Numbered from the stretch's first letter, positions 25,301 to 39,899 are shown. The stretch: DNA of 64,000 bases from Tubulanus polymorphus (GCF_964204645.1 NC_134029.1:7838850-7902849); one strand, 5' to 3'. A program made the numbers and translations. Notes: generated by a model not told the origin, from the letters alone.

Positions 25301-28300
25301 CCGATGACTTGAAAACCATTGACCAGACAAAAATTCTAGGCAATACCATAAGACACACACTAAAAAATACAGAAAACTCTGCTCTTTGATCTCGTGGCAC
25401 TAATAGATATTCTCGAAGGTAAAAAAATTTGAGAAGTGTCGAATGAGCAAGTTTTAAAGATCTCTCTGCCTTGATGAAGAACAAACCTCAATGGGAAAGC
25501 AGGGGTCCAGATTCCATATATACCACCACCCAGATCAACCCCTGTACAGTGGAACCTCGTTACAAAGAACTCAAATACAACAATTCATCGCATATAAAAA
25601 ATATAGAATTTCACCCCAAGTAAGAAAATTTGATTAATTTCATACCGGATATAACGAACTATCGGTTATTACGAACAGATTTTCTGGTCCCGTGAAGTTC
25701 GCTGTAACGAGGTTCCACTGTATTAAGGCATTTTCATAATACCTGATACGATGTTGTTTTCTCCTGCGATCATCCAATGATGACAGATCAACGTAAGCGC
25801 TACCGATCAGTTTATCTCTGTGTCGAGGACGTTTCTGATCTGCATCGTCGCTGTAGGTCACCCACACCTGTACTTCCAGCAATTCTTCCCTTAAATACCT
25901 GGAAAATTGAATCGAAAATGGGACTTTATGCACAATATGCGCCTTAAGTATACTCTTGTCTAGACTATCTCTTTATGAGAAAGCAACGGGTAACAACTTA
26001 ATGAAATAAGGGACATTTTTCCGAGGAATGATTTTCAGGCAGAAAGCTATTTACCATAGCTTCTTGGATATCAAGCTAACGCATAGGTTTTTCGCTTGTT
26101 TGGAAAATTCTCATTGCCTCCATCACAAAACACCCCAATGTATTGAGTTAAAAAACAACACCGTTGATGTGGCTAATTATGATGAATATGAACAGTTTAT
26201 AGAAGAAATCATTCATATCTGAGATACATCTTAACATCATTTGATTCGTCGATAGCTCTTACCAAGAGAATGGTGCCGAAGCGCGAACACGAGTAGACTT
26301 GTCATGTTTCAGATCGGCAGATACAAAATGTCCGTCAGTTATGACATTTCGTACCCGTGAACAAACAGCAACTGCAATAAATAATTACGAGATAGTCACT
26401 AAAGTCATCGCTGGCCCGCTGAACATCACTTTTATGAATTGATGTGTGTGTTAATAAGTATTTAGGTAAGGTTAAATAGAATTCTAAATCATAATTGTCG
26501 CAGTTTTTGTTAATATATTGGGACTATTTCCACAACAGTGGGGACAGGTTTCCTTGGCATAGACATATTTTATATAGAGCTCCGGTTGATCGAAAGATCA
26601 TGTCACATACCTTTGTCATAGAACTTGTATCGTACATAACACAGGGTATTGGGATCGAATTTCGTGTGCCCGGTTAAAAGCGTATTCTCGACGGGGAAAC
26701 ACGCTTTATCGATTGCGGCCGTTATCTTGTAGTGACTCGACGACATCTCATCTGAAACAAATTGATACAAATTCATCATTCAACGGGCGGAGAATCCTGT
26801 AGCTGAGAATCTCCAAGAGATAGATAACGGTGTTGGTAAAAAACAACAAGGCTGATTATCAATCATTCTGTAAATATTAAGACCCCAATATGTTCAAAAG
26901 CTTTGAAGGGAGAACAAAGGGAGATTTGAGGTTTAGATTCAACATCATAGAAGTTAGCTTTTCAGGGAAGACGTAATAATTTTTCAGTGAGTTCCTGACA
27001 ATCTAAGTGATGCTGGCGAATTTTTTAGCACAAAAAAAAATAATCTTTCAAGTCTGAGAGACAGGAAAATCACATTTATTCTAGCTAAATAAGCCTACCG
27101 GTAAATGTATAACAATTAAATAGGTCAACACACAACTGGGAATGAACTACATATCAGACTGACCTATATCCTGCCAATTGTCCTCTTCAATCGGAACTTC
27201 AGGAGCCCAGCCGACAGTGCGACCCGCATTTAGGACACGCTCTCTATCATCATGATGGGCAAACTTTACGGACAGTTCAACTCCGCCTACTACTCGCTCT
27301 AAGCCATGCCCACTCAATTCACCGGGATCCTCTTCGCTTTCAGCACCTTTCAAGTGTTCCCAGCCAATTTTCGACAGTTTTATGGGATACCAGCCCTTTA
27401 TACCTAAAAATGGATGATCCATGCGAGAATGAATGTTCACAAATTGTTTAAAAAGAATTGAAATTTACATTTTTTGCTTGACTTATACCGGTTCGCTTAG
27501 TCAGCAGGGATTTCATCGGAATAACAACTGTTCCCAGTAACACATCAGTCATTCCCGGTATCAATTTTCTGCCTTTCACAGCATCAGATCCTGTATTCAC
27601 GTAATCTCCCTCAACATCTACGTATAAAAGACACACAATTTTGTTCGTCAAGTCTTAAACTTAGACCGAATAAGAGACATTTCCGAAAACACAATACGTT
27701 TACCTATATTGAGACCGGGAACTTGGTGCCATATTTCCATCAGAACTTCGGCCGTTTCTAAGATCTCGGCTAAACACAACGCGTCAGTGCCGGCCTCGGT
27801 CCACAGTAACGGACACGGAAAATCCATCTGCGTCGAAAACTCGGGAGCAAAACTGCGAGCGATTGTACGTGTCGTTCGTTCATCCTGCAAACAATAATAA
27901 CCAAGGTTGGCTTTAAAAAAGATTTATTTTTCTTCAGAAAAGATTGAACGACAATAGCCCCAAGCTAATACCATCATACATGATATCTCTTACAATTTGT
28001 TTCTACGCGCTCGTATTCAGAAGGTATTTCAAAAATTTCACGATTATTATAATTGCAACCTCTTTTAAGTAAAGCGCTGTGATTATTTAACATTACAGCT
28101 TTTATAATCAAATAAATCGTTATCATTTTACGAAAGCACGAGGGTGAAATTATCTAGACTTAAGTAGTACGTACCTCTTCGGAGAGGAATGACAGTTTTA
28201 GTTTGACGTAGGAATTCACGCCCACTTCAGAAGCGAACTGCATTCCTCGGTTCAGTCGGGCATGTTTGTCGGCCGCCGTTTTCAGACCCGATGATCGTAT

Positions 28301-31300
28301 AATGCCAACGCTTATACAAACAGTCGATCCAGATAGATTCTTCGATGCAGCAATTTGACTTGATTCACTTCTAGGCTGTTGTATAACAAAATATATATGT
28401 GCCACGTAATGCTACATTCGAAGGTTTCATGGGATACTGTTTCAGGGTGGCCACTTTCCGCTCATTTACAAATTTCTTCAGTTTCCCCTTATTTTTCCAT
28501 GTTAATTCCCTGAGCGAATCAGATATATTTTGTGGTTCAAAATGTTATAATTCATTCATTTTTTATGAATCACATATTGATAACAAACATGTGGTCAGTA
28601 GCATTATCCAAATTCCTCAAGTTTTCCAGGTTTTTGGTAACAATTTTCTGATTCCCTGAGTTTTCCAGGTCAGTGGCGCCACCCTGTAGTTCTCAAACAA
28701 AGTACAGTTGATTTTCATTAAAATACCTGAATAGTTGAAGTTTTGTAATTCAACGTGATATCCAAAACTCCGGGTGCCTACAACGTAACAGATTCAAAAT
28801 ATCATTATTCCGTTGAAATAATCATCTGAGAAGTATTTCAAACCAGTGATGGTAAATCCATTTTCGTACCTTGTCGTCGTGATCTTCAGGGTTAACAAGA
28901 GCAAGAGGTAACGAAAAAGTCTGCACGCTTGTTTCACCCGGTTTTTGCATGGTTACCATAGCGCATAACTTAGCCAGCGGTAAAACAGCCTGAAACGCCA
29001 AAAATGCCATTCAATCTATATGTTTAACCATAATACAGCTACTCAATGTTGAAGTTTCGAGTAAATTTTGCCATGACTCCTAAGCAATGATCTAATAGTA
29101 TCAATATTTCTATTTCTAGGTATTCTAAGTACTTCAAGCATATGCGACATTAGACGACATACCTTGGCTATCACTTGATCCCTGACGTTAGGTGAATAAT
29201 ACCGACACCATAACTCAAATGGAACCCCACCAGCCCCACCTCCAACACCTGCGCAAGCTGGAAACGAGACACAAATATTTCGTTTATTGATATTCAATTC
29301 ATTATATATCTTATGAAACTCCGGTACAAGATATATTTCCAGTTCGGGCCATGAAATATATCTCACAGTAACGGGAGTTCTAGATTTTTAGCACTTTCTG
29401 TAAGAAATGCACCGAACGTACCTGTTAGGATCTCCCGCTGAACAGGAGTTCCCGACGGAAGAGTTATCCGATGTTTGGTAATATCGTGAAACACTGGATC
29501 CGGTATACACAACGTCGTCGCTGTACGATACTGTTTTAATGTCGGTGTAGCTGAAATCAGACAATCCACCGATGAAAGGCCATTTATAATATAAGAAATC
29601 CTGCAAACCACTTCAATTAACCCATAGCTAGCAACTTGAGGTGTTTCATGCACATTACGAAAGAATCAAAAAGTTTTTCGAACTGACTACGTGCCATAAA
29701 TTGAGTAGACATGTACGCAGTATAGCATTACCCTGGTACATGCATAATAACAGTATACTATGCCTTACTAAGTAGGGTTGGAACTGTAAATATTTCACCG
29801 TATTCACCCGATACGGAGTTGAGAATCAGGGAAATAACAGGTTTATCGAATAATATTATATTATTTACGTATAGAAGTAAATTTTAGTTAAATTCACCTA
29901 TTTGAGCAGTTTATAAAATAGGGAGGAGTCTTGTAGCATATTTCTAGTCACAGTGGAACTGCATAGAATTTGCGTCCATACTCACTATGTTTAATCACGT
30001 GTCCGTCCAGCGATTGTTGTTGCATTTGTGATGGGAAGTGATATTGTATAAAACAATCAGCTTCTCCCCAAATCATATCCGTTAACAAACCCAAATCTCT
30101 TACACCTTCGACAACTACTTCAAACTGATGCTCAATGGATGTACTAGGTATAGGCGCAACACATTCGCTATTCAGAAGATTGTGTCTGCAAAATTGAAAG
30201 AAAAAGCAATTAATATCTAAAATCGAGGTACTTGATTTATCCAAGGTACAGTTACAGATTCATGAGTTAGAAGATCATTATTGCTACGCAAATTTTCTCA
30301 TTTCAATTTTTCTTCAGGTAGTCATCCAATATTTCAAAATAAGCCATGTTTGCATCTCTGGAGAGAACTTCTCCAAATAGAGAGTAAGGTAATACCTTTC
30401 AATGAATTTTTCTGGCTTTTCAGGATCATTGACAGATGATTCTGGATTTAATTTGATCTTTTGTAAAGCATTAACCTACAAAACGAACAAGAATCCAATT
30501 TCAATAAACACAAGATATCAACTTTCAACTTTCGACAGATTTCGTAATGAATGATAGCGTTACCTGCTCCATAGATCCCATTCCTAGCAGTACTTTCAGT
30601 TGTCCGAACTGCGTCCCACTGAACGGATCTACAACCGGCATGTAGTTATCCACAGACATTATCGGATACTGAAACACACAATAATGAATCATACAAATTT
30701 AAAACAACGCAACTTCAATTGTTGAAGTTACTGCACTAATGCCCTCACAGCTGTGGAAAAACTGTAATTTTTTTCCAACGACTGCATTCTTAAGATTAGA
30801 GACGTTGAGTTTGCGCTTACCTGTGCCTTAAGCAAAGCGTTTGTGATACGTTTATCCCTCAGTGACATGTAGAACTGATGTAAGGACAACTTAACGATTC
30901 CAATCAACTGAAATTAAATACATGTACATTCAAATATCATGAAAAAGGTTTAAAGAAAGTGGTCATGGTTAGACAATAGATTATGGGCATGAAAACACAA
31001 TCCACCCCAGTAGAAAAATTAATTATACCGTATCAGTCATTCTAAAACCCAGATTTTACCAATTTGACTATTATCTCGATCAATGGCTAATCGTGAAGAT
31101 AGACAATATTTGATAACCGACATGCTTAGATAGAAACTATAGTACATACTGCAATATTTGAAATCCTACATGCTGTGATGAATATAAAAGAACAGAGATT
31201 TTCATAAGGCAAAGCAATGAATTTTAGCCTTGGTTGATCATAGGTTTCAAGCAAAGACAATTTATTATCCATTATTCAACAACACCTCACTGTTGACACC

Positions 31301-34300
31301 TAAAGTTGAGAAGTGGATCTGGTTCAATTTACATTTACGTTCAGGGATAAGTGATGAATCCCATACCGTACCTTGTCATTTTCCGACGAAGTTTTCTTGT
31401 CCCAAACTTCGATCACCATGAAATTGTTTTTCATTCGCTCCAACAACGATTGAGTGACCAACACGGGCGCCACCTGGCAGAAATTAAACTCCGGATCAAA
31501 CGTTCCCCAGCAGACATCCGACCGTACGAGATCGCTGCACCAGAACATACGACAAACCAGATAGATATTCCGCGTTGAAAAGTCTCGCAGTTTCACGGCT
31601 GCCGCCGATGGCGGAAATTTAGATGGCACCGATGAACCGTGTTGTACCGATGGTGAACCGTGCAAGTTGATGTTTCGACCATCGGAAACCATGAGAATCA
31701 TGTGCAATGTCATTGCCTTAAAAATCAGAAAAAGAGAACCGTCTTCATCAGTCAGAATAGTGGAAATCTGGTTTAGTTATAGATTATGTATTATCCCAAT
31801 AGGGAAGAAGTGGCTCGAAACATATGAAATATTTGTTTAAGTATCGGTATTTACTTTAGGTATCATTTCTGAAGCTAAAAATTTTAGAACCAGCCAATAG
31901 TCGTCCACAATTGCGGAATCGTATCTAAGAATAGAATAATTGTAACAGTTTCTAGAATAGATATGATCTTCAACAAAATAAACTGGGCTTATTTCAGATC
32001 CTCACACTTTGCAGAGTTTGAAAAGGTATAGCTTTTACGCAATTAACCAAACATATTCTTACCTCTACTTCTTCCATACCAGCTGCTACAGCCATCTGAG
32101 GACTAGTGTTTTGTTTCAATTTGGTCGATTCAGTAACAACGCTGCGTTTTGACATTTCATTTACACTTTTCGAAACCGGCTCAGCTTTCGCGGGTCGAAC
32201 GGATGAACTGGTTCCTTTCATAGATTCTGCCCAAAAAAGACGTACTAAATTCAATATTTTCACTATGAGGGGTTGCTTGAAAGTCTAATCCTATGGATAA
32301 CCTACCGGGCGTCGGTGGAAGCTTGGCAGTTGGCTTTGGTTGAGGAATCGGTACAACTTTGGGATTCTTCATTTCGGCTAATCTGGTTTTGGCCAAAGCA
32401 TTCGCAAAATCCTTACTTTCAGAAGCAAGTTCAACAGAAACCTGCGGGTAACGAGAAGAATTCTACTAGTCTCATGCAGTAGCAGATTGGCGTTTGGAAA
32501 GTTTAAAACTAAACGACTAAAGAATATTTGAAATTGGTTCATCACGGTGTGTTGGAAGACAGAAATTATATTTTCATTTCTTAAGCACTTTGTGATTTCA
32601 GATGGAAACCTAAACGAACCTTTAATCGACCAGCGATAGGCCTCTCTTGCGCAGTGCTATCCATTGTTGATGAACCAGTAACTTTCTCTTTTACCAGTAG
32701 ATTGTTGTCAACGTGAAGATTTCCAGACTTCAAAATGGCCTTCAATGGTATACTACAACTTCCGACGTGAGTGGGCTTGAAATATAAAACGCATACGTAA
32801 ACTCATTGACAATTCAGAGTAAATGCTGAAAGAATCATCATTTAGATAAACTTCGAATTGCGTAGCGAAATTGACAAATAAATAGAAACCACAGGTTATA
32901 ATTTAATTCATCAACCCGCAGCATTGCTCAGAACATATCATATAACCAGTACCAGTTTCTAGTTTTCTTTTACAAATAGAAACCAGCTTGAGAAAAACTT
33001 CAACTATCTCAAATCATCCGATACGAATTGTCCAATCAATCGCTGTCCACATTCCGTGGAAATCTCAAGTCTGATCCTACACTGTATTTCCCACTATTGA
33101 AATTAGACAGTATTTCCTTCCAAATGACTTTTCTACACATTATATGAATGATCTGTTCACAAAAACATCATCACTAGGTAAATCAAGTCAGACAGGTGAT
33201 GATATAACGTACCATTTTCTGTCCCGGATAACGACTGAATATCTTAAACGCGAGTGCGTACTTCCACCATCTTTCGATCGTGCTGCCGTCGAACAGCACC
33301 GGAAAAACCGAACGGTGCCCGAAGACAACTTCGGAGCCTTGAACTTTTTTCGACACGACTCGCATCACCTCGGTAGCCATCGTATTGGGCGTGTATTTGT
33401 CGCGGGACGACGCGACCACCGGGAACTGATACTCGACGAAGTATGTGTTGGTTTTCTGCGGTTTCGGCGGCCGGCCGCGACTCGCCTGCGCCGGTCTCTG
33501 GTCGGTATTCGCGGCGAGTAACTGCAACACGTCTATGCTGACGCGCGCTACTTGAATACGCCCCAATAATGTCAATCGTTCAACGCTTAAACCATCAATT
33601 TTATCCGATGAGCCCTTGGTTTTCCTTTGAGTTTCTGAAAAAATCCAAAATTATTTACAATTCATTCGTTTTTAATTGAATCACATACTGATAAAGAAAT
33701 ACGCAGTCAATAGCATTATCCGAATTGCTTTAGGTTTGCCAGAGTAAGTTTTTTTAAGTTTTTGGTAAAATTTCTCAAATTCCCTGATTTTTTCTCAATT
33801 TTTCTGATTCCCCGACTTTTCTAGGTTATCCAGGTCAGTGCCTACGTCCCAGTAACACACGACCTCGAACACGAGTCGTGGCTTTCAACCGAAGACGGTA
33901 CATTTACCGCTCCTGAAAGCGGTCCCAGGAGTAAATTTATCGAATTTAACCCAGTTTCTCAACACAGCTAAACTCATCAAAGTTAAATACAAGATATGCG
34001 TATCAATCAATACCTGAATCATCATCGAACTCATTGTCAGATGGAGTCATATCGAACGAAACTTTCGACGCTTCTGATCTTTGAGATATGCTAACGTTAT
34101 CATCCTCCTCTTCCTCCGCTTCCTCTTCTCTTTTCTCTCTCTGTACATCTCGGTTTTCTCTCTTCTTTCTTCCTCCCGTGACGGACGATTCCCTTGAAGG
34201 CGGTCGCTGAAAACAAAGATCGAAGTTCTTTTATCTGATCGATCTGAAATTTGTAAAACGGCACAGAACCCAATTTTGCCAGATAGAGAAGACAGTCTTA

Positions 34301-37300
34301 CTATGTTGCCCGCATCTTCTAATGAGGTGTTATGCTGCCTTTTACTTTTCCTCTGTTTCTTAGAACTGGAGTTACTATTATTACCAATGTAAGCATCATC
34401 ATCCTCACTACTTTCATCATACGTTTCCTTTAACAAAAGACAGATAATTATAGATTGGATCATCCACTTTAAAGGAAAATAGCACTCGATATCCAGAAAT
34501 TTAATGCGACTAACCTGTCCTTTTCGCTTATAAAACAGTTCCTCTAGAATACTTTCGTCGTGAATCGGGTCTCCGGGATCGCTCAACCACTCGTCATCAT
34601 CAGACACGCTGGAAACTTCATCTCCTTTTGCCATCGCTTTTAACATCTACATAAACAGACAATAAATGATTCTAGTTAAGAGTCGGAATTAAATAGATAA
34701 CTGATGTACCTTAGTCTTGTGCTACAGGGGTGCATCTGCGAATTGATTTAGGGAGTGGTGCACCTTGACAATTAAGGAGGGGGTGAGCACCCCGCACCCT
34801 CCCCTTGGATCTGCCCCTGTGACATAACTATCAAACTGAAAATTCTTAATCATTCGATTATTCATTTGGGCAACTTCACTTCGTTTAATGAGAAACAGAA
34901 ACTAAACCATGAACCTTTTTACAAAACAGCTTAAGAAAAGATAATAGCTTTGGCGATTTGAGTTTCAAGTCATGTAGATGAAGCCGATGACTAAACTCAC
35001 ATTCATTACTGGATCATATAAATAAATCTTCATTCAATTGTATTCTCACCTTGTATTCTTTGTTTGCCAGTCCGGGACCGAGAACTAAATCGACAGCGCG
35101 CTCATGCATGCTATCAAACGCCGATACGTCCGAAGTCTGATATTGCGAAATCATTGGTTCTTTAGAATCGTCTTTTTCTTCGTTTAAAATTTCACGGAAT
35201 AATTCACCGGTCGAATTACGCCTGAACAGATAGATATATATATGTGAGCTATGAGAACATATTGCTTATGTCTTAACTGTTTACTGGTTACTGGTTGACT
35301 CTTCACCATAGACAAACTCTCGACATACAACCATTTATCATACAGGGGCCAGTTGACCAAAGGTTGTTCGAACATAGCCCCTGGATAACTGGTATAGTGA
35401 GAACACATCTCGCCAGATTGTGTGCATAAGAAAAGGCAAACTTGATCAAAATTGTGTTCATTTTCAATTAACTTCAAACATTAACATCAAAACTGTTAGC
35501 CTCCAACATCAAAATATAGATTGATAATAACTCTTTTATTTTTTGAATGCTTGACCTACACCTAAATCATATACTGTGAGAACAAACCTTTTATGCAAAT
35601 GAGATGAACTGAGGTCGATCTGACTGAGATCAGGATTACTCAAGCTCGGTTTCATTTCGGTGTCCATCGCTGACACGACCATAGCTTCGCGAAGCTTCTT
35701 GCCTTTATTCAAAAGTGCCGTGACCAAATCGAGACTGGCTTCGCTGCTTGGATCCAACGGAATTCTAGTCTTATCAATTGTACCTGAAAGAGGATAATAA
35801 TAAGGTAATCAAACAAGAGATCAGATTCTACAATTCATGCAACACCAAAGGTTTTATAAACAAAGGACCCAGTAGGCAGTCACTGGTCTTAGCTCAATCC
35901 AACACAAATCAAAGCAGCCTTTAAGATTTCAGAACTGAACTTCCGACTGCACAACCAGAAAGGAACTAAAGGGACAAAATCAATGACAGTAAAATCCAAA
36001 AAAGTTGCGTGTACAAGTGCTGCACAAATCAAACCAATGAAATTCCTGTGTCACAAAGGTGCGTGTGTTAAAAGCCCTCTGTGTCCATTTTCGACCGAAA
36101 TAACTGAACTGTTCAAACGATCACCGATTTCCAGTTAAAATGTAAGGAGTGCTAGAAGTTAAACAAGAATAACAGCATTAGAAGTGGTTTGGGGAGGTAT
36201 CTGGCCGACATACCGAAATCTTCCCGTATTTGAGCAGTTGGTTTCAGACCTATATCTCGAACGGGTGCCTCATGCGTATCTCTGTGATAAGATAGCGCGA
36301 GAGTAGGCGACGTGTCCGTCTTCGCAATTCTATCATCTTTTGCGCTGTCTGCCGGTACCTGAAAATGAACGCAATAGGTTTAGGCCTATTCATTAGCACT
36401 CGTTTCTCAGCGGGTAAAATAATCAAGACGATGAGACCGCAGAGTAAGGCAAAGTCTACCGAGGAACAAGATCTATTTCTTCGCACTTTCTCACAACAAA
36501 ATACCAGGATTTTTTATACTTTGGAAAATGTTTTTCCAAGATATTCACATTTTTTTCAGGGTGTCATCTCAACAGCCTTTTTTCTTGAATTTTGCATACA
36601 TTTTTTCCAATTTTCCACAATCTTTAAGCAGACATCCATTTTTCACAATTTTCACATCAATATGACGCCTGGTCTTATGAAAGTTTCGAAGATACGTGTA
36701 TATATTTCAAATTACCTGAGAGACAGGAGATATAAAAGGATCGCTCATACTAGACGAACGTAACGACGGTTTCGGCGCCGGTAAAACTTCCGGCGGATGA
36801 GACGGGTTCATATCGAAGGCGTAAGACAAAGCTTCGTTCATGTCGGTCGTCGGGATTGACGTTTGACTGTCGTACGAAGCTAACAGGAAAAAGAAAATGA
36901 AATGAGTCGCCAAGCTCTGAAAAATGCTTCGAAACAGTATTCTGTAGTATGGTTAAGCCTGTTCAAGTTAAAATCCAACTCAGGGACAAAATCAACATTG
37001 CAAGTATATATAAAATGGTCCAAAACATTTGACTCATACAGAAAATTTTGTCAACAAATCAATGATGAATCAGTTATCAATGATAAGAGTTTGGGAACTT
37101 CCTGACATCTCTGTATCTATCAAATAAACCAGTATTTTTAAAGGTAGCTAAAATACTAACGAAGCGAAATAGGGCTATAGTACAGTGTATACTCACACAT
37201 CAAAGATTCAAGCAATACAGACACTTGAAGTTCGGCAATTTTCTCTTTCTCGGGCGAAAAAACGGGGTAAAATCTGAAGATTGATAACATACAATTGATA

Positions 37301-39788
37301 AACACATTTAGCATCTCAGACTAAGTTTGAACACGACAATGAAACGCCTATTCATTTTACAAATACCTACCCATTTAGTGGCCGCCCAGGAGCCAGGTTC
37401 ACCAGATTATTAACAGAACACTGACCGAGAATCGACATCAAAGGACCTTTCACAACATCTAACATCAAACTACTAGCATCTTTACCAATTTATTAAGGAA
37501 GCATTTTCAAGAATCGACAACGAACTTACCGTAGAGTCGTTCAATGGTACCATTTACTAACATATTCGAGATTTTTACAAGGTTCTATCGGGTGGCAGTG
37601 CGAACAAGATTCGAGTTCCCTAAGATTTTTAACATGCCTAATTCATCCAAAATAGCGCAAAAATCTCTGTAGGCATATGGTCAATGATTAAAAAGACCAC
37701 GTACTATTTGCTACAGGTGTGCTTCACTAAAAAGGATACCACCGAGATAAGCAGCGAATTGTTTCGGCCCGGAACGTATGCTGTACCGCGCTGTCGTTTT
37801 TCGAGTATGGGTTCCAGCTTTTTTCACATCATGAGGCCTGAAGTTAAATCCAAGTCAAATTCTCTTCACAGAATAATCAGATACTGCAAGCACTCAGTCT
37901 TATGTTGTCAAAATTGGTTCGTTTTTGCTAAAAGTTCTTTTCAGACTCTCAAATCCATATACAGTGGAACCTACTAATACTAATCTTGCGGGCAAAAAAG
38001 TGACATTGTCATATTTAACAGGTCTCATGCTATCCAAAGCTTGATTGATATAAATATGTTAGCTCGGACATGCTGGAAATCATCATAATGGGTTTCATCT
38101 TAAACAGAATCGTTGTATCAACCAAGTTCAACTTTACAAGGGATCAGGATTAATTCAATGAATCCTGTTTCCCTTGCATATGCATTTGCTCATTTTAGTT
38201 ATTCCTTTGGTCATTATGGTCTCTATAGGGAGAGTCTAAAATGTTGTGTCCTCTGAAATTTTTTTGAAAAAATTGAAACCTTTTAAATTAAATGTAGTGG
38301 GCTTTATTCTTAATATTACCCGTTTCTAATTTCTTTTACCTGAAAAGAACTCCATTTCCAGCTTCTCCCCACCATTTCACACGAACGTAAGTGACATCTG
38401 GTAGGTTTGGTGTCAACCACAATATCTGATTTATACACAATCGCAGATAACATCTCAACTGTCCGGATACCTGAGGTGGCAGACTTGTTTCAACGCGTAT
38501 TTCTTCGGCCGGTAAACTTTCAACACTCTCTGAAATTAAATATCAAAAAGTGAGAATTGAATTTTAAGGCGTCAGAATTAACCTGTGCATGGATCGTTGT
38601 CATATCCGTCAATCAGGCAATCTGTCGCCAATACATATGGTAAAATTTAGAAATTCAGATAGGGCCTAGGTAAAACCTACGCCCGTGAAAATGGTAAATT
38701 GGGCAATCATATAGGCCTCAAGAGATAAAATCAATAAAAATGCGCCATCACCTATAAGCATATTTCAAAATCAATAAATTAAACATATCATCTTTCTCAT
38801 AAATATCTATAATTTTAATAAGCTGCCAATTTAAATCTGCTGAAATACACAGAGAAGAATGTGAGTCCTAACACCACCGTCCACTACTGACTATTACAAA
38901 TTATTCAATTTTTTGTAAATCAAAATACTTTTGTTGTTAATTCAAATTTTGAAAACTGCTGTTGATTTCTGTTCGTTTTTGTGTTAAAATGTTCTTGTTT
39001 TTTCCATCACCATTATTTGCGTCATCGGGCTCGAGCGTTGCGTGTATTCATTTACATAGTTAAACTGACTGAGAGTGAATAAATTTAAGGAAGTGGATAT
39101 TTTGCCAATGCGGCATTATTTTAGTAAATTAGCTATTTTGCCAATGGCTATATATAATAAGATATAGTAATAAAATATAGGCAGTGGATATTTTGCCAAT
39201 GCGGCATTATTCCTGTTAACGCTTTTTTGCCAATGGTGCGTTTTGATTGGCTTATTGACGCCACGCATGCGCACAGAGGTGCGCGACTTAGAAAATTCAA
39301 GGTCAAGGAAAGTGTGGAGAACTGAGTCAGAGAAAATAGCAGCATAGAGCGGGATTCGAACCCAGACCAGCAGATTGCTAGTCTAACGTCTTTCCACTAG
39401 ACCACCGGGCTCACTCAAAACCACCCGTAATTTTTCACTACATATAGCCTCACCTTACCCTAACCCTATCCCTTGGGGTAAAAACGGACCCTAATCCTCA
39501 CCCTAACCCTAAACCTAACCCTCTAGACCCTAACCCTATCGGAACCGTCCCTAACCCTACACCCAATATAATGATGTTATTGTTATATTTTATTACTATG
39601 TCTTATTATATATAGCCATTGGCAAAATATCTACTAAATATCTTACTAAAATAATGCCGCATTGGCGAAATATCCACTTCCAAATTTAAAATTGAATTTT
39701 TGAGTTTACCTGCTCCGCTTAAACTGCCTTTTTTCTTTCCTTTCTTGGTGGATTTTGATTTCTTTTTTACTGGGTTTGGATTTTTCAT
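19394..39788 (-). CDS. C2CD3: C2 domain-containing protein 3 (centriole elongation/ciliogenesis regulator), complete multi-exon gene (30+ exons)
   Basis: Exon 1 MKNPNPVKKK..GSLSGA (39710-39788). Exon 2 'ETSLPPQVSGQLRCYLRLCINQILW...VRVKWWGE', then 'TTARYSIRSGPKQFAAYL'. Internal exons 'GRPPKPQKTNTYFVEYQFPV', 'LLERMKNNFMVIEVWDK', 'IWGEADCFIQYHFP', 'GVPFELWCRYYSPNVRDQVIAK'. Last exon (19394-19582) 'LPSAEETKRIAKIFSSRF' resembles the vertebrate C2CD3 C-terminus. GT-AG boundaries at the exons I checked. Confidence 0.93.
24348..25084. mobile_element. Possible non-autonomous Helitron/Helentron-like element in a C2CD3 intron, with an internal tRNA B-box (minus strand, about 24558-24570)
   Basis: Begins aacaag...catgtctcccc and ends in the hairpin tgtctgcacc-acaga-ggtgacataa. 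gggattcgaaccc = GGTTCGAATCC on the minus strand. An accc(c)tggcaagcga block is shared with about 17815. Confidence 0.35.
25547..25720. mobile_element. Tc1/mariner(pogo)-type MITE
   Basis: TA|cagtggaacctcgttaca ... tgtaacgaggttccactg|TA, a perfect 18-bp TIR. Confidence 0.9.
28443..28686. mobile_element. hAT-like MITE relic
   Basis: cagggtggccact ... agtggcgccaccctg termini with internal ttttcc(a/c)(g/t) repeats. No clear TSD. Confidence 0.6.
34725..34819. mobile_element. Small MITE of the CAG(T/G)GGCGGATCC-terminus family
   Basis: caggggtgcatct ... ggatctgcccctg. Confidence 0.55.
39340..39411 (-). pseudogene. tRNA-derived sequence (tRNA-Ala AGC-like; SINE-head type), not a functional tRNA
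   Basis: AGCCCGGTGGTCTAGTGGAAAGACGTTAGACTAGCAATCTGCTGGTCTGGGTTCGAATCCCGC. A box TGGTCTAGTGG, B box GGTTCGAATCC, loop CT-AGC-AA. The acceptor stem does not pair. Confidence 0.65.
39449..39562. repeat. Degenerate (CCCTAA)n telomere-like repeats
   Basis: accctaaccct, ccctaaccctaaacctaaccct, ccctaaccctat, ccctaacccta. Confidence 0.8.
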
Positions 39789-39888
39789 CGTTGATTCTTT
39801 CAATTAGACACGAAAACGTCGATTATTTTCGTTAAAATTGTCATAAATATCACATTAGACACACATTCAGTCGATAAGTATTCATAAA

Positions 39889-39899
39889 GCCGCCATTTC
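39889..39899 (-). promoter_or_regulatory. YY1-like motif (AAATGGCGGC) near the probable C2CD3 transcription start
   Basis: gccgccatttc about 100 bp upstream of the ATG; motif match only. Confidence 0.35.

Larger units (their letters stand above)
39089..39681. mobile_element. Foldback-like non-autonomous DNA transposon (Merlin/MULE-like) in C2CD3 intron 1, carrying a tRNA-like module and telomere-like repeats
   Basis: ~90-bp TIRs (ggaagtggatattttgccaatgcggcattattttagtaa...tatataataag.tatagtaataaaatata and the mirror) and an exact 8-bp TSD AAATTTAA at 39081-39088 and 39682-39689. Confidence 0.85.

Noticed and set aside
39340-39411. Functional tRNA-Ala gene
   Set aside because: The acceptor stem does not pair, the anticodon and T stems have mismatches, and it sits inside a TIR element.
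39449-39562. True telomere or chromosome-fusion scar
   Set aside because: Short, degenerate, single orientation and contained within a transposon.
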